This document shows positions 25,636 through 39,261 of a stretch of DNA of 64,000 bases, one piece after another. The DNA lies in NCBI GenBank assembly GCA_951406725.2, contig OX597839.1:25668001-25732000 (forward strand), read 5' to 3'. This DNA is from Octopus vulgaris (Eukaryota). Numbering within the stretch: position 1 is the stretch's first letter; each line of letters starts with the position of its first letter. The notes under the pieces are model-generated. The model was not told the origin of the DNA. It ran no database searches and saw only the letters and a list, made by a program, of their open reading frames with translations. The position numbers and the translations under genes were made by a program.

Positions 25636-26395
25636 CAGTTGAGCATGTCCCTTTGTGGCTGACGATATGTGCATCTCTGATCATGAAGAGGAATAGTTGA
25701 GGAGCATCATAGCCATGTGTTGTGAGAGATTCTTTGGGGTTTGAATAAATCCCCTCTGGAAACATGTTTCGTTCATCATCCTTAAACAAACTTATTCAAG
25801 GACCTTTTGAACAGGATGGGCTACTCGACCTGAAGAAAATTCTAGCCTGGCCCCATCTGCAAGGTCATGCGCTGTTTATCTTGATACGAGATCACCATAT
25901 CGCATACATATGGATATGATGCATGTGCCTGGTGTACCCTTATCAGACGAGTAGTCATGATGGGTATAATGGGCTTCGTATATTTGTGAAGGCGCGTGGC
26001 TCAGTGGTTAGAGCGTCGAGCTTACAATCGTGAGGTTGTGAGCTCGAATCCCGGACCGGGCTGCGTGTTGTGTTCTTGAGCAAGACACTTTATTTCACGT
26101 TGCTCCAGTTCACTCAGCTGTAGAAATGAGTTGCGACGTCACAGGTGCCAAGCTGTATCGGCCCCTTTGCCTTTCCCTTGGACAATATCGGTGACGTGGA
26201 GAGGGGAGGCCGGTATGCATGAGCGACTGCTGGTCTTCCATGAAACAACCTTGCCCAGACTTGTGCCTCAGAGAGTAACTCTCTAGGTGCAAACCCATGG
26301 TCAGTGTCTGACCGAAGGGGGTCACTATCACTATATTTGTACCCCAGTGTCACTTTGATGGCTCTCTCACTCAATAATAATAATAATAATAATAA
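25636..26395 (+). mobile_element. Retroposon 3' end with (AAT)n tail, split by SINE family D
   Basis: Sequence resumes after the SINE D insertion and ends CTCTCACTCAATAATAATAAT. Confidence 0.55.
25987..26323 (+). mobile_element. tRNA-derived SINE family D
   Basis: A-box GTGGCTCAGTGGTTAGAGCG and B-box-like CTCGAATCCC; TATATTTGT repeated on both sides. Second copy at 55728. Confidence 0.85.
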
Positions 26396-27002
26396 TCTTT
26401 TCTACTAAAGGCACTAGGGGGAAGGGGACTAGTCAATTACATCGACCCCGAAAGGGTGAAAGGTAAAGTCGACCTCGGTGGATAATAATAATGATAATAA
26501 TAATAGAGTGGGAGGAAAAATTTCCACACGAAAACCAGTCAAGATTTAGTGACTCTTATTTTGTTCTCACTATTAAACTGTAAATAATGTTTTAATGCGT
26601 GAAGTGTAGAAAATAAAGGCATGACTAAATTCGGAAGGAACCAAGTGAAGTGTATCGTCTGCTTTACTGGGGCAGCCATTGTCGTTTAACGTCCTTGACT
26701 TAGTAGTAGTAGTAGTGGTGGTGGTGGTGGTGGTAGTAGTAGTAGTAGTCGCAGTAGTAGTAGTAGCAGTCCCCGCAGCTTGCTCTCTTCAGCCACCCAC
26801 CTCGCGTTAAGTCATCCACAGTTCATCAGAAAAAGCAACACCCCGCTTGCAATTAATCCTTTAACCATTAAAAAACATGGCTTTCAGCTTTCTGTGTGTG
26901 TGTGTGTGTGTGTTTATGCATGTACCTGTGGTCTTATGCGCGATTATGGATGTTCGTGTATGTGTGTGTAATAATGTACCTGTTAAGCGTTTACGGGTAT
27001 CC

Positions 27003-27044
<42 letters not shown>

Positions 27045-27236
27045 GTGGGGGAGTGTGTACGAACGCATACGGGTACATTTACGTGTGTATATATATATAT
27101 ATCCATATTACGCGTATGTGTAGAAATATATTGTGTGTGTGTGTGTATGTATGCTTGTGTATATGTAATAAGTGTATACATGTAAGTGTGTGTGTGTGTT
27201 TGTGTGTACGTGTATGCGTCAACAACAACGTTCGAT

Positions 27237-27741
27237 TATATATACATATATATATACATATACATATATATATACATATACATACATATATACATATACA
27301 TACATATATATATACATATACATACATATATATATACATATACATATATATATACATATACATACATATATATATATACATATATATACATATATATATA
27401 CATATATATACATATATATATACATATATATACATATATATATACATATACATACATATATATATACATATACATATATATACATATACATATATATATA
27501 CATATATATACATATATATATACATATACATACATATATATATACATATACATATATATACATATACATATATATACATATATATATACATATACATATA
27601 TATACATATACATATATATACATATATATATACATATACATATATATACATATATATATGCATATACATATATATACATATATATATACATATACATATA
27701 TATACATATATATATACATATATATATATACATATACACAT

Positions 27742-27783
<42 letters not shown>
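27237..27783. repeat. (TA/CA)n microsatellite
   Basis: Directly visible. Confidence 0.95.
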
Positions 27784-27787
<4 letters not shown>

Positions 27788-28111
27788 ACAAGTCATTCAC
27801 CGTTGTTTTGTTGTTTTATTATTAAACATCAATATGGCGGACGAACGGTCTTAAGGCTGCCTGTCTGTCTGTCTTCCAATGTTGTGACAGTAACACAAAA
27901 AAATATTTACATAACTTTTGAAAGGAACACGACAAATTGTCGTTATTATCATTTAATATCAGGAGGCGTCAAAGTGCAAAGAAGGGTCGAACGCCATGGC
28001 TTGCAGAATATTTAGTTCATATAAACGTCTCTGTAAGTTGGCAGTTCAGATCACAACGTGGTCGAGTTTTGACTTTCATCCTTCCTGGGTCGATGAAGTT
28101 CGTACCAGTTA

Positions 28112-28620
28112 TGTCTTTTAGTCTTTTACTTGTTTCAGTCCTTTGACTGCGGCCATGCTGGAGCACCGCCTTTAATCAAGCAACTCGACCTCGGGACTTA
28201 TTCTTTTTGTAAGCCCAGTACTTATTCTATCGGTCTCTTTTTGCCGAACCGCTAAGTAACGGGGACATAAACACACTAGCATCAGTTGTCAAGCAATGCT
28301 TGGGGGACGGGCCGGTTTTTTCGTTTCTTATTTGTGCAACGCAAACGATTGATTATGTACGCAGGCATGGATCATGTGGTAAGAAGCTTGCTTCCCAACC
28401 ATATGGTTTCGGGTTCAGTCCTAGCAAGTGTCTTCTAATATAGCTCCAGGGCCGACCGAAGTCTTTTGGGTGGATTTGGAAGATGGAAACTGAAAAGAAG
28501 CCCGTCGTATATGTATGTATGTGTGTGTGTGTGTGGCTGGGGGGTTCGTATCCTACCACCGTTTGGCAACCAGTATTGGTTTGTTTACTTAGCGGTTCGG
28601 CGAAAAGGAACCGATAGAGT
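28112..28620. mobile_element. SINE family A pieces: minus-strand 3' half (28112-28310) and diverged plus copy (28360-28620)
   Basis: Family match. Confidence 0.75.
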
Positions 28621-28717
28621 GGGTGGGAGTGGATTTGTTCAGCTAAACCCATCCAGGCCTGGCAATTGCTTTCGCTTTAATGTATTATCTGCCATTCTAT
28701 GTATGTAATGGTGATAG

Positions 28718-29197
28718 CTGCAGATTACCGAAATGGATAAGTGGAGAAACAGCAGGATAAAAGTGGCAACAGGTTCAACGGATACTAGCACTATACCCGG
28801 CAACACGGGGTGACTGGGTAAAGGTAAAGATGTGCACGACCACCCTTATACAGTTTTGAATGACCATAGAAAGTGTAAGCCCTCTAACTGAAAAATTATG
28901 GATTTGTATAAAGGACACACACACAGACATTTTGCCGTTTATATATATATAGAGATTATTTGGAAAATAAAAATCTTGAAATGGTCTTACACGGGATATG
29001 TTTAGAAGAAAGGACAGTAGATGGAATGGTAAACTGATAAAGTGGACACCATGTCCAGAAATAAAGAGAAGAAGAACCATGCAGAAGTTGGAAGGAAGAC
29101 TTTGTTAAATTTTTTGTCATCCAAAAAAAAGGATGAGGAAAACATCAGATCGCGGTTGGTGGAGAGAAGATGCTGAGGCATTCGTCCAGTAGTGGAA
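28718..29197 (+). pseudogene. RTE-clade LINE ORF C-terminal remnant, interrupted by a Helitron
   Basis: Reads LQITEMDKWRNSRIKVATGSTD|IIWKIKILKWSYTGYV...RRKDSRW...KWTP...WKEDF...DRGWWREDAEAFVQ*W, matching the RTE C-terminal pattern. Confidence 0.75.
28785..28955 (-). mobile_element. Internally deleted non-autonomous Helitron (family H2)
   Basis: A|TCTCTATATA...CCCCGTGTTGCCGGGTATAGTGCTAG|T, no TSD. Confidence 0.85.
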
Positions 29198-29604
29198 TGA
29201 ATGTGTGCAAGGATGGTGTGTGTGTGTGTGTGCGTGAGTGTGTGTGTATGTGTGTGCGTGAGTGTGTGTGTGTATGTGTGTGTGTGCGTGAGTGTGTGTG
29301 TGTGTGTGCGCGTATATTGTGCAGCACCTCAGGCGAAGAAAAAAGAAATATGTACGTAATTCGAATGAACAGCCAGTTAGGTATTGAAACCGATGTAATC
29401 AGCTCCATACCCGGTGATTTTTTTTGCTGGGAGGGGGACACGTTCGGTAATGTAATCCTCGATGTGATTGTCACAGCTGCAACTTTACTGATAATTTGTT
29501 TAGTGAAGCAGGATTCACTTGGGCCCAAACAACAACCACCGTATTTGCAGTAAGTCCGTAGGACCCCATCGTCACCGTTGCTAATTTCGTCGCCTTTCTT
29601 AGCA

Positions 29605-29820
29605 CTCTTTTCTTTTCTCTCTTTTACTTGTTTCAGTCATTTGACTGCGGCCATGCTGGAGCACCGCCTTTAACCGAGCAACTCGACCCTGAGACTTATC
29701 CTTTTGTAAGCCCAGTACTTATTCTATCGGTCTCTTTTGCCGAACCGCTAAGTAACGGGGACGTAAACACACCAGCATCGGTTGTCAAGCAATGCTAAGG
29801 GGACAAACACAGACACACAA

Positions 29821-29851
<31 letters not shown>

Positions 29852-30022
29852 CATATATACGACAGGCTTCTTTCAGTTTCCATCTACCAAATCCACTCAC
29901 AAGGCATTGGTCGGCCCGGGGCTATAGCAGAAGACACTTGCCCAAGATGCCACGCAGTGGGACTGAACCCGGAACCATGTGGTTGGTTAGCAAGCTACTT
30001 ACCACACAGCCACTCCTGCGCC
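29605..30022 (-). mobile_element. SINE family A
   Basis: Full-length reverse complement. Confidence 0.9.
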
Positions 30023-30625
30023 TACTATTGTTGCTAATCTCGATGGTGTTGTTATTGTTATTATTATTTCTGTTGTTGTTGCTGTTGGTGACATTCCCTC
30101 TGACCAGTTGTCGCCATGTCATTACAATCTTCCTTGTTGCTAATGTTGTCACTGGAATATTAATGTTGTTACTGTTGCTAGTATTGCAACCATTGTTGCT
30201 ATCACTATTCTTGCTATGTTGCTCGTGTTGCTCCTGTTGTCACTGTTGACGAAATTGCTAACGTTACAACTCGTTATAATCGCAGCTGTTACTACGATTG
30301 TACACGACTGTTGCTATAGTTCGCGATTGTTGCTAGTGTCCCTCCTGCTGTTACTATTACTACTCGCTCACGTTGCAACTGTTGCTAATGTCCCTACAAT
30401 TCGTGACTGTTACTGTAGTCTTTACAAATCCACATCAGCTGTTTAACAAAAAGAAAGGAGAAAGAAAGGAGAAAAAAGCCAGCCGTCGCCGAAATGTTTC
30501 CTCGTTTCAATGAAAAGCGGTGACATCACCTCTCAATAGTCACAATATCATTTAGGCAGAGTTGACACGATTGTCAAACAACAAAAAACGGCGCCTTTAA
30601 TAAAGCAAATATGTAAAGTGCTAGT

Positions 30626-31008
30626 GGAGGCGCAATGGCCCAGTGGTTAGGGCAGCGGACTCGCGGTCGTAGGATCGCAGTTTCAATTCCCAGACCGAAC
30701 GTTGTGAGTGTTTATTGAGCAAAAACACCTAAAAGCTCCACGAGGCTCCAGCAGGGATGGTGGCGATCCCTGCTGTAGTCTTTCGCCACAACTTTCTCTC
30801 ACTCTTACTTCCTGTTTCTGTTGTACCTGTATTTCAAAGGGCCGGCCTTGTCACTCTCTGTGTCACGCTGAATATCCCCGAGAACTACGTTAAGGGTACA
30901 CGTGTCTGTGGAGTGCTCAGCCACTTACACGTTAATTTCACGAGCAGGCTGTTCCGTTGATTCGGATCAACCGGAACCCTCATTGTCGTAACCGATGGAG
31001 TGCTTCCA
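30626..31008 (+). mobile_element. tRNA-derived SINE family C
   Basis: Head GGAGGCGCAATGGCCCAGTGGTTAGGGCAGCGGACTCG; TSD ATGTAAAGTGCT. Confidence 0.9.
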
Positions 31009-31743
31009 TGTAAAGTGCTGTACTACAACGGGACGCAACGTGGACGTTAGCAAGATATGATATCATAACGTAAAGGCTACAAACTGAATGCCCTTCGCAA
31101 AGCATTTGGTTCGACGTTCTACCAACTTTATCAATCTCTTAGAGACTAACAACTTGGTAAATGTAAAACTATGTGATGTTTAATATCGAACTTATCAACA
31201 ATGAACAATATTGGTTCCTAAGAAATGCACAAACCATAGCTTTTGGGGTGAGGAGGATTTTTTTTTTTTTTTGAGAGGTAATTATTTTTTTTTAAGGTGG
31301 TACTTATTCTAACGAAAGGGAAATTCGAACCCGCTACAAACAGGTTTAAACATATAAGGGTATAATAGATGGAACAGCCAGATTAGCGTTCGGACTAATC
31401 CAGATTCTTAAAATCCAACAGCTTTATCGGGGAAAGAATAATTCTGCAAAACAAGAGTCGGTTACAAGAAATGTCAAGCTGGAGCGTGTAATAAAGAGGC
31501 ACAATATTGACAAAGACTTATATATGACATATTATTAACACTGGTCCTCCGTCGGTTACGACGACGAGAGTCCTAGTGGTTCCGATCTACGGAAGAACCT
31601 GCTCGTGAAATTGACATGCAAGTGACTGAACATTCCACCCTTAATGTACCCTTAATGTAGTTCCCTTTTTGTATTTTTTATATATAATTTTTATACATAT
31701 ATATATATATACACACACATCTATATATTTATACAATGAGTGT

Positions 31744-31777
<34 letters not shown>

Positions 31778-33056
31778 ATACAATGGTCTTTTATGCATGT
31801 CAATGTCTTATAGCTTGACACATATACATATATACACACACGATAGGGAACCAAATAGCCACCATGCAATCTCTCAGACTGCTCTCTCTCTCTCTCTCTT
31901 ATGCGTGTGTGTGTGTGTGTGTGTGTGTATCACCAACATATGGTGCCGTTCATTAGATAACCTATTTCAATTGAAGCCAAGGATACAGTATTGATTTGCC
32001 GGTTACATGTCCGACTTGAAATAGGTAGATGTGTTACTTAGCAACAACACTATAGCTTCTACACACACACACTCACTCTCACTCTCACTCCCTCTCCGTG
32101 GCTCTCCTTCTCCGTCTCTCTCCATCTCACCCTTAATGATTTGTAATTGTAATCTCTCTGCTGTTTTTGTCGTCGATGACAATGATGGCGAAAGCGATGA
32201 TAATGAAGTTGCAGCAAATGTATCTATAGTGATTAGTTAGTTAATTGTTTTGAATGGGTTTCCATAGCGCCCATTCAGATCGGAGTTTCGTGTTGTAGTT
32301 GTTGTTGTTAAGCATACAATACGAAAGATCAATCTCTTTCAATTACCTCGAATCAAGGATGCACTCCTCCACAGTATTATTGTCCAACACAATCTACCTG
32401 AAACATATGCACATACACTCAACTCTGTAATTAGACCTTATCGTTAGATGGATCGTTTATTACACACACACACTTAACAAAAATGTATTCATTTCCCATT
32501 TCTACATTAGGGATTCGAGGAAGTTCTCCCCGCCAATCATTTTCAATTTGAATTTGTGTTGGGGCACTAGAGAAGCATTTCTAAATGAAATCCTGAAGTT
32601 TTTGCAGCAAGACAAGGGGTCCTTTAATGGGATTTGATATAAATTTATAAGAAAACTAGTAGTTCCAATATTTAAAATAATAATAGTTCAACATACATCT
32701 ACAAGAGTAATACTTGGACACATCGTCAGCTTTGTATCCTGGAGTTAATAGTGGTTTCGTGTCATATTACATATACCTTCATACAGACAACTCGACTTAG
32801 GTTGATCAAACGTAGGCCTGTATCTAAGCAGCATTCTACTCATCCCACCAGTCATTTCTTTTCAGTCAGATTTGTCGGGATGCTTTCTCAAAGGCCTCTA
32901 TATTGTTCTTAAGGGCTCTGCTCATTCCTGTACTATCAAAGGTTCCACAGGCCTAACTCGGGAAACAACCTGTGAATTCCTGACTGCCAATAACTAGTGA
33001 AATACTAAATAACCCGACCTCAAAATAGTTTTAATTTGTATTGTAATCATACAATG

Positions 33057-33465
33057 GGCGCAAGTATGGCTGCTTGGTAAAGAAGCACGCTTTGCATCTA
33101 TGTGGTTTCGGGTTCAGCTCCATGCGCAGCACCCAAGGAAAGTGTTTTCTCCTATAGCCCCAAGCTTCCCAATGTCTTGTGAGTTCATTCGGTAGATGGA
33201 AACTGTGTAGAATCTCATCGTATACATATGTGTGTGCGCGTGTGTATCTGCCTGTGTTCTCTCTACATAACTGCCTGACAACTGGTGTTGGTTTCGTTTA
33301 TGTCCCAGTAACAGCGGTTTGGCAAGAAACACCTATAGTATAAGGACCAGACCTTTTTAAAAAGAAAATAAAGTACTGGGGGGTCGATTTGTTTGACTTT
33401 CCCCTTCAAGGTGGTGCCCCAGCATGGCCGTAGTCCAATGACTGAAGCAAGTAAAAGATAAAGAT
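33057..33465 (+). mobile_element. SINE family A (diverged)
   Basis: Family match. Confidence 0.75.
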
Positions 33466-33519
33466 ATAGGTTCAGAGGCCTAAGTCCATAAGAACTTCAT
33501 GATAGCACCAGGGTTTTTT

Positions 33520-33690
33520 CAGAAGTCGATTACCTCAACCCCAATGTTCAACTGGTTCTTATGTTATCGACCCCGAAAGGATAAAAAGTAAAGTCGACCT
33601 CGGTGGAATTTGAACTCAGAACAAAGACGGACGAAGTGCCGCTAAGCATTTTATCCGGCGTTCTAACGATTCAGCCGGTTCGCCGCTTTC
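33520..33690 (-). mobile_element. SINE family B
   Basis: Family match. Confidence 0.8.
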
Positions 33691-33927
33691 CATACAATAT
33701 CGAACACCAAAACAAATCCATGAGAAAAACCTTACACCTGTGAAAGGAAGAGGTGGACCATGGAGATAAACGGAAGCTTCCAGAGAATCATAAAGGTTGT
33801 TGTTGTTCGGTTCATGGTCAGTCCAGACTAAGCAAGACCTTTAATCAAAAAACGTCCATGCTGTGACCATCACGTCTTTGTGTAAGCCAGAGACTTACTT
33901 CATGGCCAGGTTAGGTATGGAGGAGGT

Positions 33928-34308
33928 GGAGGCGCAATGGCCCAGTGGTTAGGGCAGCGGACTCGCGGTCGTAGGATCGCGGTTTTGATTCCCAGACCTG
34001 GCGTTGTGAGTGTTTATTGAGCGAAAACACCTAAAGCTCCACGAGGCTCCGGCAGGGGATGGTGGTGATCCCTGCTGTACTCTTTCACCACAACTTTCTC
34101 TCACTCTTACTTCCTGTTTCTGTTGTACCTGTACTTCAAAGGGCCGGCCTTGTCACTCTGTGTCACGCTGAATATCCTCGAGAACTACGTTAAGGGTACA
34201 CGTATCTGTGGAGTGCTCAGCCACTTACATGTTAATTTCACGAGCAGGCTGTTCTGTTGATTCAGATCAACTGGAACCCTCGTCGTCGTAACCGACGGAG
34301 TGCTTCCA
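33928..34308 (+). mobile_element. SINE family C
   Basis: Full-length; TSD AGGTATGGAGG. Confidence 0.9.
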
Positions 34309-34324
34309 TCCCAGGTATGGAGGC

Positions 34325-34690
34325 ATATGGTGTTGCAGCGCATTGCTGCATACACCATTTGTCGGTATATTCCTGGGTCTTCCTGAGCGACCCGTCGAGG
34401 CCTAGTCAGTCCCTATTTCAGCGAGATACGCCCTATGCTGTGACCATGTGGTTGGCTAACAGGAACCCGCATCCGGTCTAACCTCGAAAATAGTGCAACA
34501 TGACCAAACAGTCCGAGATGACGCTCCCGACTCATACAAGTAACAGGACATATCTCAGTTTCTGAGTAAAGTCGTCGATTGGATACGAAATCCGACCAAT
34601 GGTAAGCCGTAATTCTGTGAAGCGTCCTGGTGCTATAGGAGACTTGGGGACTTCTTTGAACTCCTTTGGATTCGATGGATCTGGTCGGGG
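34325..34690 (-). pseudogene. RTE-like LINE C-terminal remnant
   Basis: Reads TLHRITAYHWSDFVSNRRLYSET...RERHLGLFGHVA, then AQEDPGIYRQMVYAAMR. Confidence 0.7.
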
Positions 34691-35229
34691 AGAAATAAGA
34701 ACGACCTCCGTACCGATATTTTTCAGTTTCAATGCAAAGGGAAGTAGCTCCGAGAGAGTCATTGAGATGGCATTGACGTTTCGCCGTTACCAAGACAACT
34801 TAACGTTATTTCTTCTTTAAGATTGAAAATTGAGCCAACGGAGGGGGAGTTACAACTAGATGGAATCTCCAAGCGGTTTAAAAGCACGAATCTCCGATAT
34901 CCAAATGGCTAAAAAGTGTCAGCAGAACGGCACCTTAAGTGTCGTGGCCTGGGTGCGGCCCTTAGAGTATCAGAAATTCAGAAATTAGGCTGAAACACTT
35001 GCCAGTGGGTGGGGGTTCTCTGAAAACCTGCTGCTCAGCTCTCTTGGGAGTTTCTTACTACTTTTGGCAATTTTTCAAATTTTTTTCTTTTTTCCTATTT
35101 CAGACGAGGGATAAATAATAAATGAACAAAAGGCTGGGAAGGTTTATTGTTGATAGCAATTTCTCTGGAGAATTCCGAATGTATTCGTTATTTGAAAGGC
35201 GGGGGTTTATCCTGAAAATGTTTCTAGAA

Positions 35230-36156
35230 TTGTAAGGGGTTAACGCAGATTCGCACCTCGCCTTGAAAAGTGCATTTTTCTGCAAAAGTTTATTCGGATT
35301 CTGAGGTTTTACATGTCGGAGATTACGGATAGGCAAAAAGAAAAATGAAAAAAAAAAGAAAAATTTCAAAATTTTACCCCTCCCCACAAACTTCCCCCCC
35401 CCACCATCAATTTTAAATGTATCGTTGTACATTAAAGTGTGGAAATTTCGTTAAAGCAGGTATGTAACGTGGTAAAATACGGGGATTTTAACAACAATAT
35501 TGAAACAACTTCTAATAGGCACAGGAGTGGTTGTGTGGTAAGTAGCTTGCTTACCAACCATATGGTTCCGGGTTCAGTCCCACTGCATGGGATCTTGGGC
35601 AAGTGTCTTCTGCTATAGCCCCAGGCCGACCAATGCCTTGTGAGTTGATTTGGTAGACGGAAACTGAAAGAAGCCTGTCGTATATATATATATGTATGTG
35701 TGTGTTTGTGTGTCTGTGTTTGTCCCCCTAGCATTTCTTGACAACCGATGCTGGTGTGTTTACGTCCCCGTCACTTAGCGGTTTGGCAAAAGAGACCGAT
35801 AGAATAAGTACTGGGCTTACAAAGAATAAGTCCCGGGGTCGATTTGCTCGACTAAAGAAGGTGCTCCAGCATGGCCGCAGTCAAATGACTGAAACAAGTA
35901 AAAGAGTAAAAGAGAGAGAGAGTTTAGCCAAATGAACATAGAAAGTGCACTTTACATACCTGCTTTAATGAAATTTCCACACTTCAATATACGACAATAC
36001 ATTCAAAATTGGAGGGGGGGTGAAATTTAGATTTTTTTTTTTTTTGCATATTCATAATCTCCAACATATAAAACCTAGGAATCCGAATAAACTTTTTTCG
36101 GAAAAATGCATTTTTCAAGATGAGGTACGAATCTGCATTAACACCAATTATAAAAT

Positions 36157-36160
<4 letters not shown>
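35230..36160. mobile_element. Old foldback element with ~230-bp imperfect arms, split by a SINE A
   Basis: 35230-35470 is an imperfect reverse complement of 35950-36160. Confidence 0.65.
35518..35918 (+). mobile_element. SINE family A
   Basis: Full-length. Confidence 0.9.
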
Positions 36161-36197
<37 letters not shown>

Positions 36198-36198
<1 letters not shown>

Positions 36199-36350
36199 GA
36201 GTCACAATGGCCCAGTGGTTAGGGTAGCGGACTCGCGGTCGGAGGATCGCGGTTTCGATTCCCAGACCAGGCGTTGTGTGTGTTTATTGAGCGAAAACAC
36301 CTAAAGCTCCACGAAGCTCCGGCAGGGGGTGGTGGTGAGCCCTGTTGTAC
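36198..36350 (+). mobile_element. SINE family C, 5' part
   Basis: Family match. Confidence 0.8.
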
Positions 36351-36756
36351 TCCTTCGTCTATTCTCCCACCGGACAGATTAGATTTAGAGTGCCTTGATT
36401 GTAACTAAACATATTCTCTCAATCGTGTCGGCCTTCATTTTAGGCGCTAAACATACTGCTCCTTGACACTAATGCACGGACGTAGCGGAAAACATACAGA
36501 AGGTTCTAAACTTAATGACGTGTTCATTCTCTACAAACACCTGACAGAAAGTATTCAGAGTACTGATTGTTTAGTACTACCACTCGACTTGTTCAGTCAA
36601 CCGTGTCAGCTTTAACTTACTACGCCAAACATTGTCACTTGATACTAACACACTGGACGTAACAGGGAACCTACAAACATTTCTAAGACCAGCCATGTGA
36701 CTATCCTCTACCAAATCAAAAATCTATTCAAAATATATACTAATTTGAGCCATATA

Positions 36757-36918
36757 GGCGCAGGAGTGGCTGTGTGGTAAGTAGCTTGTCTACCAACCAC
36801 ATGGTTCCAGGTTCAGTCCCACTGCGTGGTACCTTGGGCAAGTGTCTTCTACTATAGCCTTGGGCCGACCAAAGCCTTGTGAGTGGATTTGGTAGACGGA
36901 AACTGAAAGAAGCCTGTC

Positions 36919-36968
<50 letters not shown>

Positions 36969-37180
36969 TTGTGTGTCTGTGTTTGTCCCTCTAGCATTGC
37001 TTGACAACCGATGCTGGTGTGTTTATGTCCCCATCACTTAGCGGTTCGGCAAAAGAGAACGATAGAATAAGTACTGGGCTTCCAAAAAAAGAATAAGTCC
37101 CGGGGTCGATTTGCTCGATTAAAGGCGGTGCTCCAGCATGGCCGCAGTCAAATGACTGAAACAAGTAAAAGAGTAAAAAG
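36757..37180 (+). mobile_element. SINE family A
   Basis: Full-length. Confidence 0.9.
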
Positions 37181-37403
37181 AAAAAAGAGAGTAATGAACT
37201 TCCTATGAAAATAGGACAAGCTGCAAACACTAGTCAGAAGCAAAACAGCTGCGACATAAGCCACGTCTTTCTATTTCAATTTTTGAAAATCAGTGTATTA
37301 ACTGTGAAACCGGTTAGAGCTTTAAATATAATAAAAAGCATTTTAACTATTTTCAGTGCATTTTTAACTTCTAGTTTTCCTATGTATATATATATATATA
37401 AAC

Positions 37404-37770
37404 GGAGGCGCAATGACCCAGTGGTTAGGGCAGCGGACTCGCGGTTTCGATTCCCAGACCGGGCGTTGTGTTTATTGAGCGAAAACACCTAAAAGCTCCT
37501 TGAGGCTCCGGCAGGGGATGGTGGTGATCCCTGCTGTAGTCTTTCACCACAACTTTCTCTCACTCTTACTTCCTGTTTCTGTTGTACCTTGTATTTCAAA
37601 GGGCCGGCCTTGTCACTCTCTGTGTCACGCTGAATATCCCCGAGAACTACGTTAAGGGTACACGTGTCTGTGGAGTGTTCAGCCACTTACATGTTAATTT
37701 CACGAGCAGGCTGTTCCGTTGATTCGGATCAACCGGAACCCTCGTCGTCGTAACCGACGGAGTGCTTCCA
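37404..37770 (+). mobile_element. SINE family C
   Basis: Near full-length. Confidence 0.9.
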
Positions 37771-38194
37771 AAAAAAAAAAATATATATATATATAAACAT
37801 ACGGTTTCTCTGTAAAGAAGCCATAAACAGGAATGTTTTTATTATTTTCTTTAGAGGGTACTTTGTTTTTTTTTGTCTCTGATGTCGCTAGCATATACTA
37901 TAAAAGCTTACACAATCGATGAGATCCGCCTCCTATCACAAAATTAGCCTCAGCTTTTTTATCTTTTTTTTTTCATGCGAATACGCCAAACAAAATCACA
38001 AACCAAACCTAGTTTCAATATAATATTCACTCATTCCTTTATTATTATCATTTATAAAGTCTGCGTAATATGTAAGCAACTTATTCAGATGTAACAATTT
38101 CACTGTCCTGAAAAGAAACTCTCATACACCATTTAATTTCTTTATTACTTATTATTCTGAAAAGGTAACGAGTTCACATCCTGCAGCAAAAAAC

Positions 38195-38541
38195 ATATAT
38201 ATAAACGGCAAAATGTCTGTGTGTGTGTGTCCTTTATACAAATCCACAATTTTTCAGTTAGAAGGCTCACACTTTTTATGGTCATTCAAAACCGTCCAAG
38301 GTGGTCGTGCACATCTTTACATTTCCCCAGTCACCCCGCAAAGCCATTAAAAGATCAATAGAAGTGACTTTTTTGTGAATTTTCTATCCAAAACCCAATC
38401 AAAATGCCCCAAACTTGATACGCCAATTGAATGCCAGCTAGCTGTATGTGATTGGTCGGAGATTTGGATAGTACTTACGTATATGTGCGCACGCACGCAG
38501 CTGTATATGCATGCACTAGCACTATGACCTGGCGTTGCTAG
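38195..38541 (+). mobile_element. Non-autonomous Helitron (family H2)
   Basis: Reverse complement of 15981-16356; ends CTAG|T. Confidence 0.85.
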
Positions 38542-38626
38542 TATATATATATATATATATATATAATCAGTATCAGTTCCTCCTGTGCTCTTACGACAAA
38601 TAAAATAAAGAAGACCAAAAAATTCA

Positions 38627-38864
38627 GTGGCCGTGTGGTAAGTAGCTTGCTTACCAACCACATGGTTCCGGGTTCAGTCCCACTGCGTGGCACCTTGGGA
38701 AAGTGTCTTCTACTATAGCCTCGGGCCGACCAAAGCCTTTTAAGTGGATTTGGTAGACGGAAACTGAAAGAAGCCTGTCATATATATATGTATATATGTG
38801 TGCGTGTCTGTGTTTGACAACCGATGCTGGTATGTTTACGTCCCCGTAACTTAGCAGTTCGGCA
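38627..38864 (+). mobile_element. SINE family A (3'-truncated)
   Basis: Family match. Confidence 0.85.
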
Positions 38865-38879
38865 GCAAGTTAACGACAC

Positions 38880-39090
38880 CGGTTTCTGTTGGCTCTGGTT
38901 TTCACTGCATCCGGTCATGTGATGATACTGGCTTCTCCCATGTCAGCTATGAACGGTCTGCGCCATGTAGATTCCGGTCTTCCTCTTTCTTTTCCCTTCC
39001 GTTGGTGACCATTTGAAATTCGTTTGAAAACAGCATTGTTCTGGTACCCGGCGTGTGTTACCCGCTAGTTTTGATCTTAGTTCTGCGATT
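38880..39090 (-). pseudogene. RTE-like LINE C-terminal remnant
   Basis: Minus frames give KWSPTEGKRK / RGRPESTWRRPFIADMGE. Confidence 0.55.
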
Positions 39091-39261
39091 ATATTGTCAA
39101 GTGCTCTTGTTGTTGGCTCACTTTAGATCGTGCAAGGGTAACCTACGGCCCTCGGCGAGTTTCCATGTTACTAATTTGCAGCATAACCTAAGAGTAGCGA
39201 CATCTCAAATTCTACCCAATATTGGAAATATGGTAAAGAACGTGAATGCGCAAAAATCTCA

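Noticed and set aside
25987-26070. tRNA genes at SINE heads (also 30626, 33928, 55728)
   Set aside because: A/B boxes are present, but there is no clear acceptor stem and each continues into a dispersed repeat body, some with TSDs.
5339-27854. Long ORFs rich in CV/YV, SL/FL, ER/KE or YI repeats
   Set aside because: These are translations of microsatellites and polypurine tracts that lack stop codons.
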